Assembly: GCA_964016885.1 (NCBI GenBank)
Contig: OZ024757.1
Coordinates: 1 to 64,000, forward strand
Direction: 5' to 3'
Length of the DNA: 64,000 bases
Source: Eledone cirrhosa
Lineage: Eukaryota
Shown: positions 23,030-36,688 of the stretch, in pieces
Layout: every line of letters starts with the position of its first letter
How positions within the stretch are numbered: position 1 is the first letter of the stretch
The notes under the pieces: generated by a model
What the model saw: the letters and a program-made list of their open reading frames with translations, nothing else
The model's database searches: none
What the model was told of the DNA's origin: nothing
Program-made: the position numbers and the translations under genes

Positions 23030-23610
23030 TACGTAGAAGTGGTTGATAGTTTCTGCAATCTAGGTGACTTAATTATCAGAGCAGGAAGTTGCCCTGAGAG
23101 AATAATAGCTAGAATAAGGATAAGATGGAAAAAGTTTAGAGAGCTACTCCCACTGTTGACCACAAAACGTTTCTCTCTCTGTACAATAATACGACTGTAT
23201 GACACCTGTGTGATGCTGCATGGTAGTGAAACATGGGCTGTGGACTGGAGAGAAATGAAGCAACCATGCTTCATTGGAAGTGAGAGAGAAAGGACATGTT
23301 GAGGGGGATGCTGGGTTTAAGAGGGATCTTAAGAGGTGTGCAGGAGAGAAAACTGCTTTAGTATGGACATGTGACGGACATGGATAATGTTTGCTGTGTG
23401 GAGAAGTGCTGGGAAATCCTAGAAGGAAGCTGCAGTAGAGGTAGACTAAGAAGGACATAGGCAACCATGCTGAGAACTGACCTCAAATCTCTGAGACTCA
23501 CAGAGGAGATGATGAAAGAAGGTGATGAGTGGAGAGAAGCCATGTTGAGAAGGACCCATCCAACTCATGCAAGCAGGAAAAACGGATGTAAAAACGATGA
23601 TGATGATGTA
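23030..23610 (+). mobile_element. Degenerate RTE LINE 3' fragment
   Basis: VVDSFCNLGD..RWKKFRELLPLL..MLHGSETWA; tail CATGCAAGCAGGAAAAACGGATGTAAAAAC(GAT)n. Confidence 0.82.
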
Positions 23611-23859
23611 CATATACACATAGAGATATGCACATACTTATATACAAACATATACATGGACACAAATTTCTACGCATATACATATGCACTTATATACATA
23701 TATATTGTTTGTAAATTCTGTACCATACAGTTTTGTTACAAAAAGTCTCAGTTACAACTGCTACAAAAAAATGAAAGGAGAATAATTTCTTAGTAAACCA
23801 GTTTTATTCAAAACATTTACAACATTGGTGACACTTTTGTGGGTAAATGTTAGTTTTTA

Positions 23860-24232
23860 TCTTGTCAGATTGAGTCTTATTAAGTAACCTTTACAACAGA
23901 ATTATTTAGCACAACACATCACAGTATATGGTCTCGCTCCTGTATATGTTAGCATCTAGTGAAGCCACAACATTCAGAGAATGATTTACTACCGACATCA
24001 CAGTGATATGGTTTCCCTCATCTATGTATATGTATATATTTAGTTAACTTGCTCCATTCAAAGAAATATTTCCAAACATATCAAAGTGATATAGCTTCCC
24101 ACTTGTATATATGTTTTAGTGTAATTAATGCAGCATTGAAAGAGAACGATTTCCCACAGATATCACACTGGTATGTATTTGTGGCTCAATAATTCACAAT
24201 TTTGAGAGAATGATTTACCACTGATATCACTG
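23860..24232 (-). pseudogene. About five decayed C2H2 finger units downstream of the ZNF stop codon
   Basis: Repeated TGTGATATC..GGTAAATCATTCTC-like units on the minus strand at ~24220, 24160, 24080, 23995 and 23915, with indels and stops. Confidence 0.75.
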
Positions 24233-25270
<1,038 letters not shown>

Positions 25271-25585
25271 TCAATAGAATATACAGATGCTTTTCTTGTA
25301 TTATTTTTTATATTATATTCCTGAAATTATTTGTCCTACTATATTTCCCTCAACTGTGATCTCAGTTAATAATGCAAACTTCTTTTTCATCCAATTTAGT
25401 AAAAATCCAAAACATATCTTATAGTGAAGAGAAGATATTTTGCAAAAAGACTCAGTTCTGGGGAGATATTTCACAGTAATTCAACCATAGATTTATATAA
25501 AGTGTTATATCATTTCAGTATAAAAAGCTCAATATAGGTGATGTATCCAAGATAAAAAATAATAATTTATCCCAATGTCATCTGG

Positions 25586-25610
25586 TATTCTGAAATAAGA
25601 AAGAAACTGT
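25586..25610 (-). promoter_or_regulatory. Candidate splice acceptor for the ZNF coding exon
   Basis: Minus strand TTTCTTTCTTATTTCAG|AATACC, ~335 nt upstream of the ATG. Confidence 0.5.
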
Positions 25611-26287
25611 ATGAGATAATAGAGAATACTTAAAGAGCAGAAATAGATTTAACAGTGGAAATTTTATATTTCTATATTGGTAAACTGTAGATATCAACTT
25701 TCCTGTCCAGAGCAATTCTCTCCAATGTGAGTTGTGGTATTCCAGCATGTTCTATAAAGTTTATCATTCTACCTCTTGGGAGGTCTCCTCTGTGGCATTT
25801 TCCCAGAAAATCCATTCTAATACAACTTTCTAACATAGCTATCATCTCCTCTCCTGATGACATGTCAACACCATTTTAACCTCCACCTTTTGATTAGCGG
25901 GAGTCAATTCTTTCTCTATATCTCTTTCTCATTTCTATATCACTCTCTCTCCTTCTCTGGGCCATACAATATCTGATTTCATTTCAAGTTTTATTCAGAT
26001 ATCAATTGTGTTCAGACCTCCTCAAGAGGAGATAGGCTCCATGAGGTTGTAACAAATACCCAAGAAACACTATGTCTCTAGAGTACCCCTTTGACTCCAC
26101 CAGGGTTACGTTTCTTGAGGACTATGCCTGGGTTTAGCCAGCCAAGAAGGGATTGAGTATCTGTATTTCAGGGAGCTTCTTTGATGGTGAAGGGACATCT
26201 GTTGGTGTCTGGTTTCATTGGTGACTACATAATAAGGTTCTATACTGTAAAGAGCTACCTGAAACACTGTCTGGTACACGTTTCAAA

Positions 26288-26935
26288 TACATGATCAAAG
26301 CCATGTATAGGGGAGAAATCAGCAAAGTTAGGATTAACATTGACTATAGTGAAGAATTTGGAGTGCAGGTTGGTGTCTACCAGGGCTCTGTTCTTAACCC
26401 TCTTTTGTTTATTATCATCCTGCATGCTATAACAGAGGAGTTTAAGACTGGCTTCCCATGGGAACTCCTGTGTGTAGATGATCTAACAATTATAGCTGAA
26501 TCTATGGCAGAATTAGAAGGAAAAACAGAGCCCTGATCCTCTCAGAGAAATGGCCTTGCTCAGTGTGCAAGAATTGTGAAGGAAGAAATTCCATCCTCTA
26601 TCCAAAATGCAAACGATGGGTATATGAGAGATGTAGTGGGATCTCCGGTAGGTTAGCTAACAATGTATGTTTTACATGTGGTCATTGCACAGGAGCAGTA
26701 GGCAACAAATGGCCACAGGAAAGAAGCTCTATCAAATTCTTGGGGGGTTCCGTAGAAGAAGTAGACAGCTTCTGCTACCTTGGTGACCAAATCAGCAGCA
26801 GAGGTAGGTGTTCTGTAAGTACAGTAGTCTGAGTTAACATGGAATAGAAAAAGTTCAGGGAGCCACTACCACTGCTATCTACTATAGGCTTTTACCTGAA
26901 AACAAGGAGCAGCTGGTATAATGCATGTATACAAA
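26288..26935 (+). mobile_element. Degenerate RTE LINE RT fragment with PHD-like Cys-rich segment
   Basis: GVYQGSVLNPLLF..WELLCVDDL; WPCSVCK..KCKRWVYERCSG..FTCGHC..EEVDSFCYLGD. Confidence 0.85.
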
Positions 26936-26960
26936 CAGTTTAACATATATACATGTATAT

Positions 26961-27330
26961 GGAGGCACATGGCTTAGTGGTTAGAGCATTGGTCTTGCAA
27001 TCGAAAGGTTGTGAGTTCAATTCTCAGACCGGGTGATGTGTTGTTTCCTTGAGCAAGACACTTTATTTCACATTGCTCCAGTTTACTCAGCTGTAGAAAT
27101 GAAATGATAGGGACTGGGGTTCCTATCATTCCACTGCAAAGTGGTTGTGGAGGTGCCACGGCAAAAAAGCACCCAGCACTCACTGTAAAGTGGATGTGTA
27201 GATGCCACGGAATAAAAGCACCCAGCACTCACTGTCAATGAGGTTGGTGTTAGGAAGGGCATCCAGCTGTAGAAATCAAGCCGGAATCAGTTCCCATCCC
27301 ACCGTAAAATGATGTTGATGATGATGATGA
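26961..27330 (+). mobile_element. SINE family A copy
   Basis: GGAGGCACATGGCTTAGTGGTTAGAGC head, B box, duplicated CACTGTAAAGTGG..AAAAGCACCCAG unit, (GAT)n tail. Confidence 0.9.
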
Positions 27331-27349
27331 TATATATATACACACATAT

Positions 27350-28090
27350 AAAGAGGTAGGAGGGCTCCCGATAAGCCTGCCAAGCAAAGTGGTAGAGTTG
27401 TGGGACCTTCTCTCTTACTGAGCTGAGGATGACATTGCAGCTGACGGAGTTGAATGTGTTCTTGTGGTCAAGTTTGGGGATGACCCTGGGGGACAAGGAA
27501 GGCAAGTTGGTAAAGGCTCTGGTATTGTGGGGAGCAACCTCACATCCCAGCTTGGTACTAACCCCTAGCGGGATGGTGGAAATTTCCTCTGACAGTGAGT
27601 CAGAGCGATAGCAAACACACCTTTGCAGTGAGACAACGAAGGGTGCACCCAGCCACAATGGGGCGCAGGTCTCTGTTGGGTTTAGTGAGAACGAATAATT
27701 TGGCATCGAAGAACAGTGGGGAGATATAGGGGAGAACGTTCACTGAAGAGAACTGATTCACAAACTGAGTCAGATTCTCCAAGAGCTCGAGTCTGGGGTC
27801 ACAGGAGGATAAGGAGATACCATCCTTGAGGTGCTGAGGTCGAAGGCCATCAATCCTGAGCCTGAACTAGTGGGGAAGGATGTAATCACCTTTCTGATGT
27901 TATCAGTGGTGTAGACCAGTCTTGAGTATTCTGGTGGTTCAGGCCAGTGTAACTGATCATATGGGGGTACCGATGGGTGCTTCTCTTTCAGTCTATCAAG
28001 AGAATCAGAGTTACACGGAGTAAGGGAGGACAGAGAAGAGAAGAGATGGACAGTCCTCAGTACAGAGCTGAGCTAGTCGTTGAAGTGTGG
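27350..28090 (-). mobile_element. CRE-clade-like non-LTR retrotransposon RT N-terminal fragment
   Basis: DGLRPQHLKD, FFDAKLFVLTKP..LRPIVAGCTLRCLTAK, KLGC..HNTRAF, KLDHKNTFNSV..YHFAWQAYREPSYLF. Confidence 0.7.
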
Positions 28091-28303
28091 GACGTCTTAT
28101 GTATAGAAAAAATATATAATGTATATATATTTTAGACATGTGCATATAATCTCATATGTAAATTTAATAATATATTTCCTGGTATGAATAAACATTTTTA
28201 GATGGTTTATAACACAAAAAATAGAAAAGTTAGTCAGAAATACTTTTAAAAAACGTAATAATGATAAAAATTGTGGAAATACCTTGAAAATATTTATGTA
28301 GTA

Positions 28304-31300
28304 CTAGCAGTGGTACCCGGCGTTGCACAGGATAAGGTATTTTGGAACGCGGGCCGCCAACAGACCTAATGCCTTCGGTCTATTGGGAAGCCAAAAATCC
28401 ACCAGAAAGCCTCATTGCTACTGATGTAACGGCTGTTGTCCTGCTGTAGACCGAACATAGCAGTGTCTGAACCCTTATTCACGTAGTTGCAGATGTACTT
28501 GATGGACTTGACGGAGCTACAGAATTCCACGTTGACATGGGCACCGAAGGTCTTCAAAAGAAGTAGGCAGTAGGGCACTATCCATCGGTTGTCGACCTCG
28601 TGCTTTCCAACTGTCGCTGTGAAACCACTGTCTCCAGGTTGACGTCGTCTGTACAATGGGTATCCATCCACGCCAGTCTGGGTTTCTTTAAGGAACTTTC
28701 GGGGAAACCTTTTGCTGCAGACATTGTTGTTCAGGCAAGGTGAGCTCAAATTGAAACTATGCCCACATAGACCATGTTTGCCTTCACTATTTCGTAGAGG
28801 TCTTTGTCCGCAGACGGATCGGGAAGCTCAGCGGAGATGACCTTGTCAATGTCGTTTGGAGATATTCTTGTGGACAGCCAGATGAGGATATGGGCATGTG
28901 GTAGGCCCCTCTTCTGCCACTTGACGGTGTACATGTCACATTTAACTGGTCTGAAGACCTGTCCTCTCTTGATGAGCTCCATCAGGTTGATAAGCTTCAG
29001 CCGAAAGACTCTGGCCAGGAGGTCATGCCTGTCTTTGGCCTGTTGCCTTTGGAACAGTTCTGCAGCAATCTCCTTCCACTTAGGATTGCAAGTGAAAGTG
29101 ATGAACAGGTCGGGCCTGCCATAATGCTAAACGCAAGTCATGGCATCTTGCGTCCTCTCGTGGTGAAAGTTGATGGAAGAATGCAGAGTTTTCCTACGCT
29201 GGCTGGCGCTGCATCATTGGTGAGTGCATCTCGGAGGTGGATGTAGCTCTCTGACCGCAATTGCCTCTGGGGTGACCGGATGAAGCACAACCTTTCCGAT
29301 TCCATTTTTGCACACATGTTGACGGTGAATTGCTGAAAGAGGTCTCTTGATTGGTGCTGGTGGTTGAAGGAGTTGCGGCGTACCATGAAGCTGTAAGAGT
29401 AGAAACTCATGCAGGAAACAGTTTTATTGGTTGAACGCCCAGGATGTTTGGGATTATGCTGAGGAATACCAAATCGGTAGCCGTCCTCTCCTTTCACAAA
29501 CAGCAGTGTATATTGAAGAGCGTCATAAGACCTTTGCGTTTCGCTTATACGTTGGAGGATGTTGTCTCGTCGCCATGGAACAATGTCTCGAGGGTTGTGC
29601 TGATAACCTGTGAAGAAGTACAGCTATTTCATTGCATGCAGGTGAATTGAAGCGGCCCGAATGTTCGCCAGGTCTTTTCGAAACATCAATTACGACATTG
29701 AAATTTGATACGTTTCCAATGCGTACTTGAAGCTGATGACATAGCTGTTGTATGTGTGCAAAATGTCTTGTAGGTTTCTGATAATGTCAAGGTTGGTACC
29801 AGGTGAAATGGAGTTCCGCATGGCAGCCTGTTCGTTGACATTCCCGATGAAGTAAATTTGGAGGAACTGAGGACCTTGGTTGGCAGTAGATTGGAGCAGT
29901 CCGATTCTATGATACACCTGCCCTTGCACTTTAAATGTGGGCATAAATCCACCCTCTCTGACAACATTTGCCCTGGAAGGCGCAATTACCCAGGAAGATG
30001 TCATCTGGAAGGCGGATATTACCCAGAAACTGCTTTGAATTGGCAATTGAGCCTGAAAGGAGGATCTTCAGCGGTTGTGATGGGTCCTCCAGTGGGTGCA
30101 GTTTGACCTTCCCGTTTGAGCAGCACATACCAGGTGGTTCCCCCGACAACTTTTTAGCATTGCAAAATGAGCACATTTTTGACATACTTTCAAGTGTCAT
30201 GTTTGGATGGCTGCCGTAATCAAAGACAGGGCTGTACTCAAAAGCTTTGAAGACCCATTGTGAGCTGCACGGCTTTGAAACACCTTGCCTAAAGGCTCTT
30301 CGTTGGACATTACTCTCTAGACGGTTATCGCGGTCTTGCGCCGTTTTGGAAAATCAGCATCCATTGCCCGACGTCTAACGCGCTGTTCTTTGTTCTCCGC
30401 AGCCTGTGAAGCAGAAGTTGACGCGGCATCAGAGGTTTGGCGACGTTTACGCTGGTCTTCAGTCCCCGCAGCTCTTGCAGCAGACGATGTGGCATCAGCG
30501 GTATGGCAGCTTCGTCTGTTTCGAGTGCTCTTCTTACAGCACCACGTTCAGCAGCTTGTGACCGTCGGATAGTAGAATCTTCTGATGATTCATTTGCCCA
30601 CCTTGCTCTTGACCTTGCAGCTTTCGCAGTGTTTCGGCTGATGGAATATCTCTTCCTTCGAGGCATGACCTAAAAGTAGGAGGAAGGGCACTGAGACTCA
30701 CTCCTAGAGCAAGGGCTAATTTGTAAGTGAATTGCATTAGGTGTCTATGGATTTGTCTACTGGTATGTGGCCTAAAGGCAAAGCAACTTGCTTAACTACC
30801 CTCAGGGTATTGGGATGACAGTAAACTTAACATTGCGACAACCAAGGCCAAAAAAGAAGTAAAGGTCAACGATACGACTGTGGGAAGCACTGTAAAAATG
30901 TGTAGGCATTAGCGCCCACGTGCATCAGGTGAAAACTGGAGAGAGAAACTGTGTGCGCTTACTAAATGTCTGTGGAATGAGTGGTAGATTTGACCTTGAG
31001 CAGGGGTTGCAGAGCAACCGGTGTCAGAGGGTTGGAAGTGGAAACCCTGCACACAAAAGGGAATAGGGAAAATGCAGGTAGTTATGGTTGAAGGAGCAGA
31101 TTAAGGATTAGCATAATACCACGCACACGGAGACCGAAGTAGAGCGAAAGCGTCAACGTGTTGCCATTGAAAATTTTAGGTGCAACAGGAGGATTAGCAC
31201 AGCACGAGTTTAGGGTGCCAATGTCGCGGCCGCACAAACATTCCCCGAATAAACGCAAACGTTTTCGGGTTGTTCACCTAATGTGGGCCTGTAGCAATGT

Positions 31301-32844
31301 ATCTGGCGTTGAACAGGATGGGGTACTTTGGTTCATGGGGGTTCACCAACAGACCCTAATAGTGGAACAACTGCATGCCTGGACAATAACAGAAGAAGGT
31401 ATACCGAGCACTCTAGGTGCAATAAGTAGTAGGTGTGCTTTTCGTTCCACATGTAGAAATGGGCTAGGTGCTTTTGGACTATTATAAACTAGCATGACTG
31501 ACAGGGATAGATGTCATCAGGGAAGTCTGCAATGCTTAAGCAAGGCACGATGTGCAGTCGGACAGCATGCAGAGCCTTCCCAAAGGAGTTCACCGCATCT
31601 CAGTAAGTAAACACAACCGGACAAAATCACCCATTAAAATTAATGTGGAGTTACAAAAATATTTTAATTTTAAGGTACAGAGGCATTTAAAGGGCGTGTG
31701 TGCTGGTCTGTAGCGTGACCTGTAAGGCCTATAATGGAATTGCTATATAGCACTGTCTGACTGCCCATAAGTGGTTGGAATAACGCGCAGCATAGGAAGG
31801 ACAGTGTATTCCAGGACCAATTTAAAAAAAAAATCAGAGCAGGCAGTTTACATTCACTAATATCCACCCATAGAGCAAGGGGTAACTTGACAGTGAACAG
31901 AAGCCCGAACTCTTGCGATTTCCGAACCGTTGACTGTGTAATGGTTAGGCTACGAGTTCCAACATAACTGGGGGGGGGGGGGGGGGTGCAGCGTTAAAGG
32001 GGGTGGGCGTAATTGGAACACCTAAGCTAAGTTTAGTATTGCCACAACCACGACTGGCAAAGAAGTAAGGGTCTGGTGGTATGTAAGTAAGCAACACTGT
32101 GAAAACTGAAGCTATTAGCAGCTAAATACATTTGCTTAAAACGTGAGGAAAAAGTTGTGTGCACTTACCAACTGTTTGGGGAATGAGTGTGAGATTTGCC
32201 TTGAGCAGGGGTGGCAGAACAACCGGAGGCAGTGGGCCGTAAGTGGTATTCTGCACGCAGAGAGAATTGTTGGAAGTCAGTCCACGAATTGCGTCACGAT
32301 TGGGCAGCAGACGTCAGTCGGAAGGTAACGACGTAGGCAATTGTGTGAAGTTCGAGCGGGGGAGAGAGAGAGAGAGAGAGGGGGGGGGGGGCATGTTAAA
32401 GTAGGGTTTTTTGGGGCGATTCCAAAAAATGATTTTTTTTATGTGCATAAGATGCCTTGAAAATATCGGGAAAATCGGCTAGACGTAACGCCTCAAAAAA
32501 GCCCTAAAAAGCTGAAAAAAAATGAAGTTTTTCACCTAATGCAGGCCCTAGGCCATAAAAAAAAGTTGGATTTTCTTTGCTCATGGTATGAAGAAGCGAC
32601 TGACTAATACATAGTTACAATTTCAAAGAAATCGATCTGATGTAACACCTAAAAAAAACCCCTTAAAAAGCTGAAAAAAAACCGCAGTTTTTCACCTAAT
32701 GCAGGCCCTAGGGTATCATAAAGTTGAATTTATGTGCATAACACTCCCTGAAAATTTTGAAAAAGTTGGGTATTTCTCGAGTTTTAGGGATTCAAACTCA
32801 CAGACACACACACAGACTGACATCTACAGTTTTATATATATAGA
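28304..32844 (-). mobile_element. Helitron with both termini, internally deleted (Rep only, no helicase)
   Basis: Minus 5' end A|TCTATATATATAAAACTGTAG at 32844; 3' hairpin CCTGTGC-AAC-GCCGGG then CTAG|T at 28304; AT target context. Confidence 0.9.
28366..30666 (-). pseudogene. Helitron RepHel N-terminal zinc finger and HUH Rep domain, multiply disrupted
   Basis: MPRRKR..; CSFCNAKK..GEPPGMCCSNGKV; FKVQGQVYHRIG; LFQQF..KMESERL; ILPSTF; PDLFITFTCNPKW; WQKRGLPHAHILIW; VDNRWIVPY..HVNVE..KYICNYVNKG. Confidence 0.92.
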
Positions 32845-32859
32845 TAATATTTGGGTAGT

Positions 32860-33350
32860 CGACCCATAGACTATCCAAATAAACACCCCAACCATAGATT
32901 ACCTGTACTAGACATAGAACTCTGGTTAGTAATAGAACACAAATCCTCCATTTGCATTATGCCAAACCCATGACCAACACCAAAGAATTAGAGAGACATA
33001 ACACTTCATGCAGTTCTCTGAGAGAGAAGATCAGGGTATATAAAGGAGCTAGAACTAAATGGGTAAAGATGGTAGAAAATGATGCAAATGGAACTTGCCC
33101 CATGTATAGGAGCACATTTTAGAACAGAATAGAAAGGACTAGGAATAAGGCAAATAAAATAAACTCATGGCAAAAAATACCAGAGTGTCACTACAACCCA
33201 TAGAGGCGAACTAGCTTATAGATTTAGAAGGGCCCTAGATAAGCTCAAACTAAATATTAAGATAGTTGAAAGACCAGGTATTCCCATAAAAACATACTCA
33301 TTTCAAAGATCCCCCTGTGCTGATAGGAAATGCATAGTCTGCAAGCTCAG
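32860..33350 (+). mobile_element. Highly degenerate PLE-like RT/thumb remnant
   Basis: HPNHRLPVLDIELW, HYAKPM, CPMYR, GELA..F..L..KIVERPG motifs in broken frames. Confidence 0.5.
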
Positions 33351-33751
33351 CCCGCAAATTAATTGTAGAAGTTAGAGGTAAGCGGAGGGAAGAATAGAAA
33401 GTGGAGATGGGGGGAGAAGAGTGCGTGGAGATAAGTGTGGTCATGTAAAAGGCAGACAAATACTGTGGAAGAGAAAGAGCAATGAACATACAAAGAGATG
33501 GAAAAAATATTAGAAGTAAAAATTCAAAGGCTGTGAGTGTAATATTCCACATGGGTGAAACCGCAGTAAATTTAAAAATTGTAAAACCATAGCAAAGATA
33601 GGGAAGTGATATTAAAATATCGGGGACAGGGAAATTGAGATTGAGAAAATAAGAAAGGAAACAAGGAGAACTAGCAAAGAGAAAGGGGATTATGAGGTGT
33701 ACCAAATACGGGGAAATGAGTGTGAGGTGTTGAGAGTGAGTAAATATTTAA

Positions 33752-33900
33752 AATAGTTGTTTCTACTTTTGGCGCAAGGCCATAAATTAACCAGTACATT
33801 ACTGGTACTTTATTTTATCGACCCCTTAAGGATGAAAGGAAAAGTTAACCTCGACGGGATTTGAACTCAGACCATAAAGGGACGTAACTGTAACTCTACT
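33752..33900 (-). mobile_element. SINE family B copy (5'-truncated)
   Basis: Reverse complement of the 35676-35872 unit (CTGAGTTCAAATCCC..CTTTCATCCTT..GGGTCGATAAAATAAAGTACCAG). Confidence 0.85.
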
Positions 33901-35528
33901 GAGTGAGATATTAAAACATTGAAGGGAAGAGATTGGAATTGAGAAAAGAAATTTGAAATTAACTGAAGATTGTGGATGAAGTTGTTTGTTTTTAAGCAAA
34001 AACGATGAGAAATCAAAAAGTGTTAATTGATTAATTGACCGTGTAGTTAAGAGGTCGTAGACAAAATATATTACGAGTGTGTATATTAGATGGGGAGGTA
34101 TAATATATTGTCTATTATGTTTAATGTATAGGAAAATATATATAATGTATATATATTTTTGACGTGTGTATATAATCTCATTTGTAAATTTAATTTATAG
34201 TAACAATTTTTAGACGGTTTATAACAAAAAATATAGAAAAGTTAGTTAGAAATATTTTAAAATTAAAACATAATAAATTAGTGAAAAAAACGTAGTCATG
34301 ATAAAAATACTTGAATTACCTTCAAAATATTTATGTCTTTAGCCAGAGATTTGATAGGAAATATGTATATATTAGGTTGATATGTGGTCTAAAATATATA
34401 TTGTCCATAAATGACTATATCAGATGTTCTGGTGAAATAGTCGTTTTTCTACTACAGATTATAATGGAACTCTTAGTAGACACAATTGTAAAGTAAGAAT
34501 AGATATGACAGTGTAAAACTGATGTCAGGGAAAGAAAATTGTGTGTGTATATATATATAATTGTTACACAAGATATAATTAGACTAAGTAAAGTTGTAAT
34601 GAAGACAGCAGATACGGGATGACTTTGACAATTTTCAACACGCTTGCCGGTGTCATACGTTATAAGTCCCTGATATAATTTAATACATTCAAACACAGTT
34701 CCAAGCGTATTTAATTGATGGTAAATCAAAAAGTATCACTCAGTAAAATATCAATTATATATCTATAAGAAAACCTCTACGTAAACTCTCTACCCGCTAG
34801 AAATAGTAGCTATATTATCTATTACAACTTTGTTTTATGTTTAAACTCTAAGTTTGGTTATACAATCAACAACAGTCAATCTTTTGTATAGACTTCGGAA
34901 TAAACTTGAAGACCGTCAAAATATAATTTTCTTTCTCGTTTTATATGCAGGGGCCTCGTTTGCCTTAAAAATGTGAGAGGGACAAACCAACATTTGTTGA
35001 TTCTTAAATGAGCATGTTCGTATTGCTTACGGTGCCTTTCCCGGACCCTATCACATGAGTAAAATGTTACACTAATTAAATTTTATATATTCAAATGTTC
35101 AGATATAAAAAAATAAGCTTTAAAATAATTTATTACATCAAATAAACAAAAATCAAAAGATGGTTTGTCTCCTGTTCCTGAACAAGTGTGTGTGTGTGTG
35201 TGGGGGGGGGGGGGGCTTGTCCCCTGAAACAAGTCCCTTGTACGTATGTGTAGTGACCTACATTCCGCGGGCTCACATACATTCTCTGTGCGTGATTTGG
35301 CTCAGCTCAGCCAATCAACGCCAGTAGAAGAGGATGTATCCCTACGCGTCCTGAGGGAGAAATTACCCGCGAAGATTTGAAGAATCTCTCTCTTGCACCA
35401 GGAACTTCGAACCAGCAACACGTACATGTGACGGTGAGATTTTGCACCTTAGCCTGCCGGCTTTCCGGCGCAATCCCTTTTGTAACCTCATTTTATGTGT
35501 AACTTCGACCATACCAAGTTAACCAATA

Positions 35529-36340
35529 CGTCCCTTTACGATCTGAGTTCAAATCCCGCCGAGGTTGACTTTGCCTTTCATCCTTACGGGGTCGATAAAA
35601 TAAAGTACCAGTAATGCACTGGATAATTGCTGGCCTTGTGCCTAAAGTAGAAACAATTATTTGTGCTACAATGAGGGGTGGATTGGCAGTATCGGTAGAG
35701 GGTCGGACGCCATGCTTTCCAGCATAGTTACGTCCCTTTACGATCTGAGTTCAAATCCCGCCGAGGTTGACTTTGCCTTTCATCCTTACGGGGTCGATAA
35801 AATAAAGTACCAGTAATGAACTGGGTATTTGCTGGCCTTGTGCCTAAAGTAGAAACAATTATTTGTGCTACAACAAAAATAAACATACATTTCATCTCTA
35901 ATTTCTACTGTTGACGTCATTATTATGTTACTCGTGTCTCAATAACATTATTATACTATGCTGTGGATTGGGAGTATCGGTAGAGGGTCGGACGCCATGC
36001 TTTCCAGCATAGTTACGTCCCTTTATGATCTGAGTTCAAATCCCGCCGAGGTTGACTTTGCCTTTCATCCTTACGGGGTCGATAAAATAAAGTACCAGTA
36101 ATGCACTGGGTAATTGCTGGCCTTGTGCCTAAAGTAGAAACAATTATTATACTATGCTGCTTGGCAGTATCGGTAGAGGGTCGGACGCCATGCTTTCCAG
36201 CAGAGTTACGTCCCTTTACGATCTGAGTTCAAATCCCGCCGAGGTTGACTTTGCCTTTCATCCTTACGGGGTCGATAAAATAAAGTACCAGTAATGCACT
36301 GGGTAATTGCTGGCCTTGTGCCTAAAGTAGAAACAATTAT
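35529..36340 (+). mobile_element. Four near-identical head-to-tail tRNA-derived SINEs (family B): ~35529-35672, 35676-35872, 35963-36148, 36161-36340
   Basis: A box TGGCAGTATCGG, B box GAGTTCAAATCC, core GCCTTTCATCCTTACGGGGTCGATAAAATAAAGTACCAG, AATTATT tail. Confidence 0.9.
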
Positions 36341-36458
36341 TATACTATGCTGCTAAATATGTATGTATATATAATAAAAATGATAATAATGAAATTATTG
36401 TGTGTAAAGTGCTCAGGTGCACTACAACTCGTCAAAGGTGTATGTATAGTACATAGAA

Positions 36459-36645
36459 TAATTGTTTCTACTTTTGGCACAAGGCCAGCAATTACCCAGT
36501 ACATTACTGGTACTTTATTTTATCGACCCCATAAGGATGAAAGGCAAAGTTAACCTCGGCGGGATTTGAACTCAGAATGGCAAGGGCCGTAACTCTATGC
36601 GTCAAAGCATGGCGTCCAACCCTCTACCGATACTGCCAATTCACC
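36459..36645 (-). mobile_element. SINE family B copy, inverted
   Basis: Reverse complement of the 36161-36340 unit. Confidence 0.9.
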
Positions 36646-36688
36646 GAGAATAATACACAAATGTCAGGGAAGTACATGTGTGTATGTG

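Noticed and set aside
31158-31487. Captured host gene in the Helitron leader
   Set aside because: No recognisable domain and a non-ATG start; it cannot be supported without a database search
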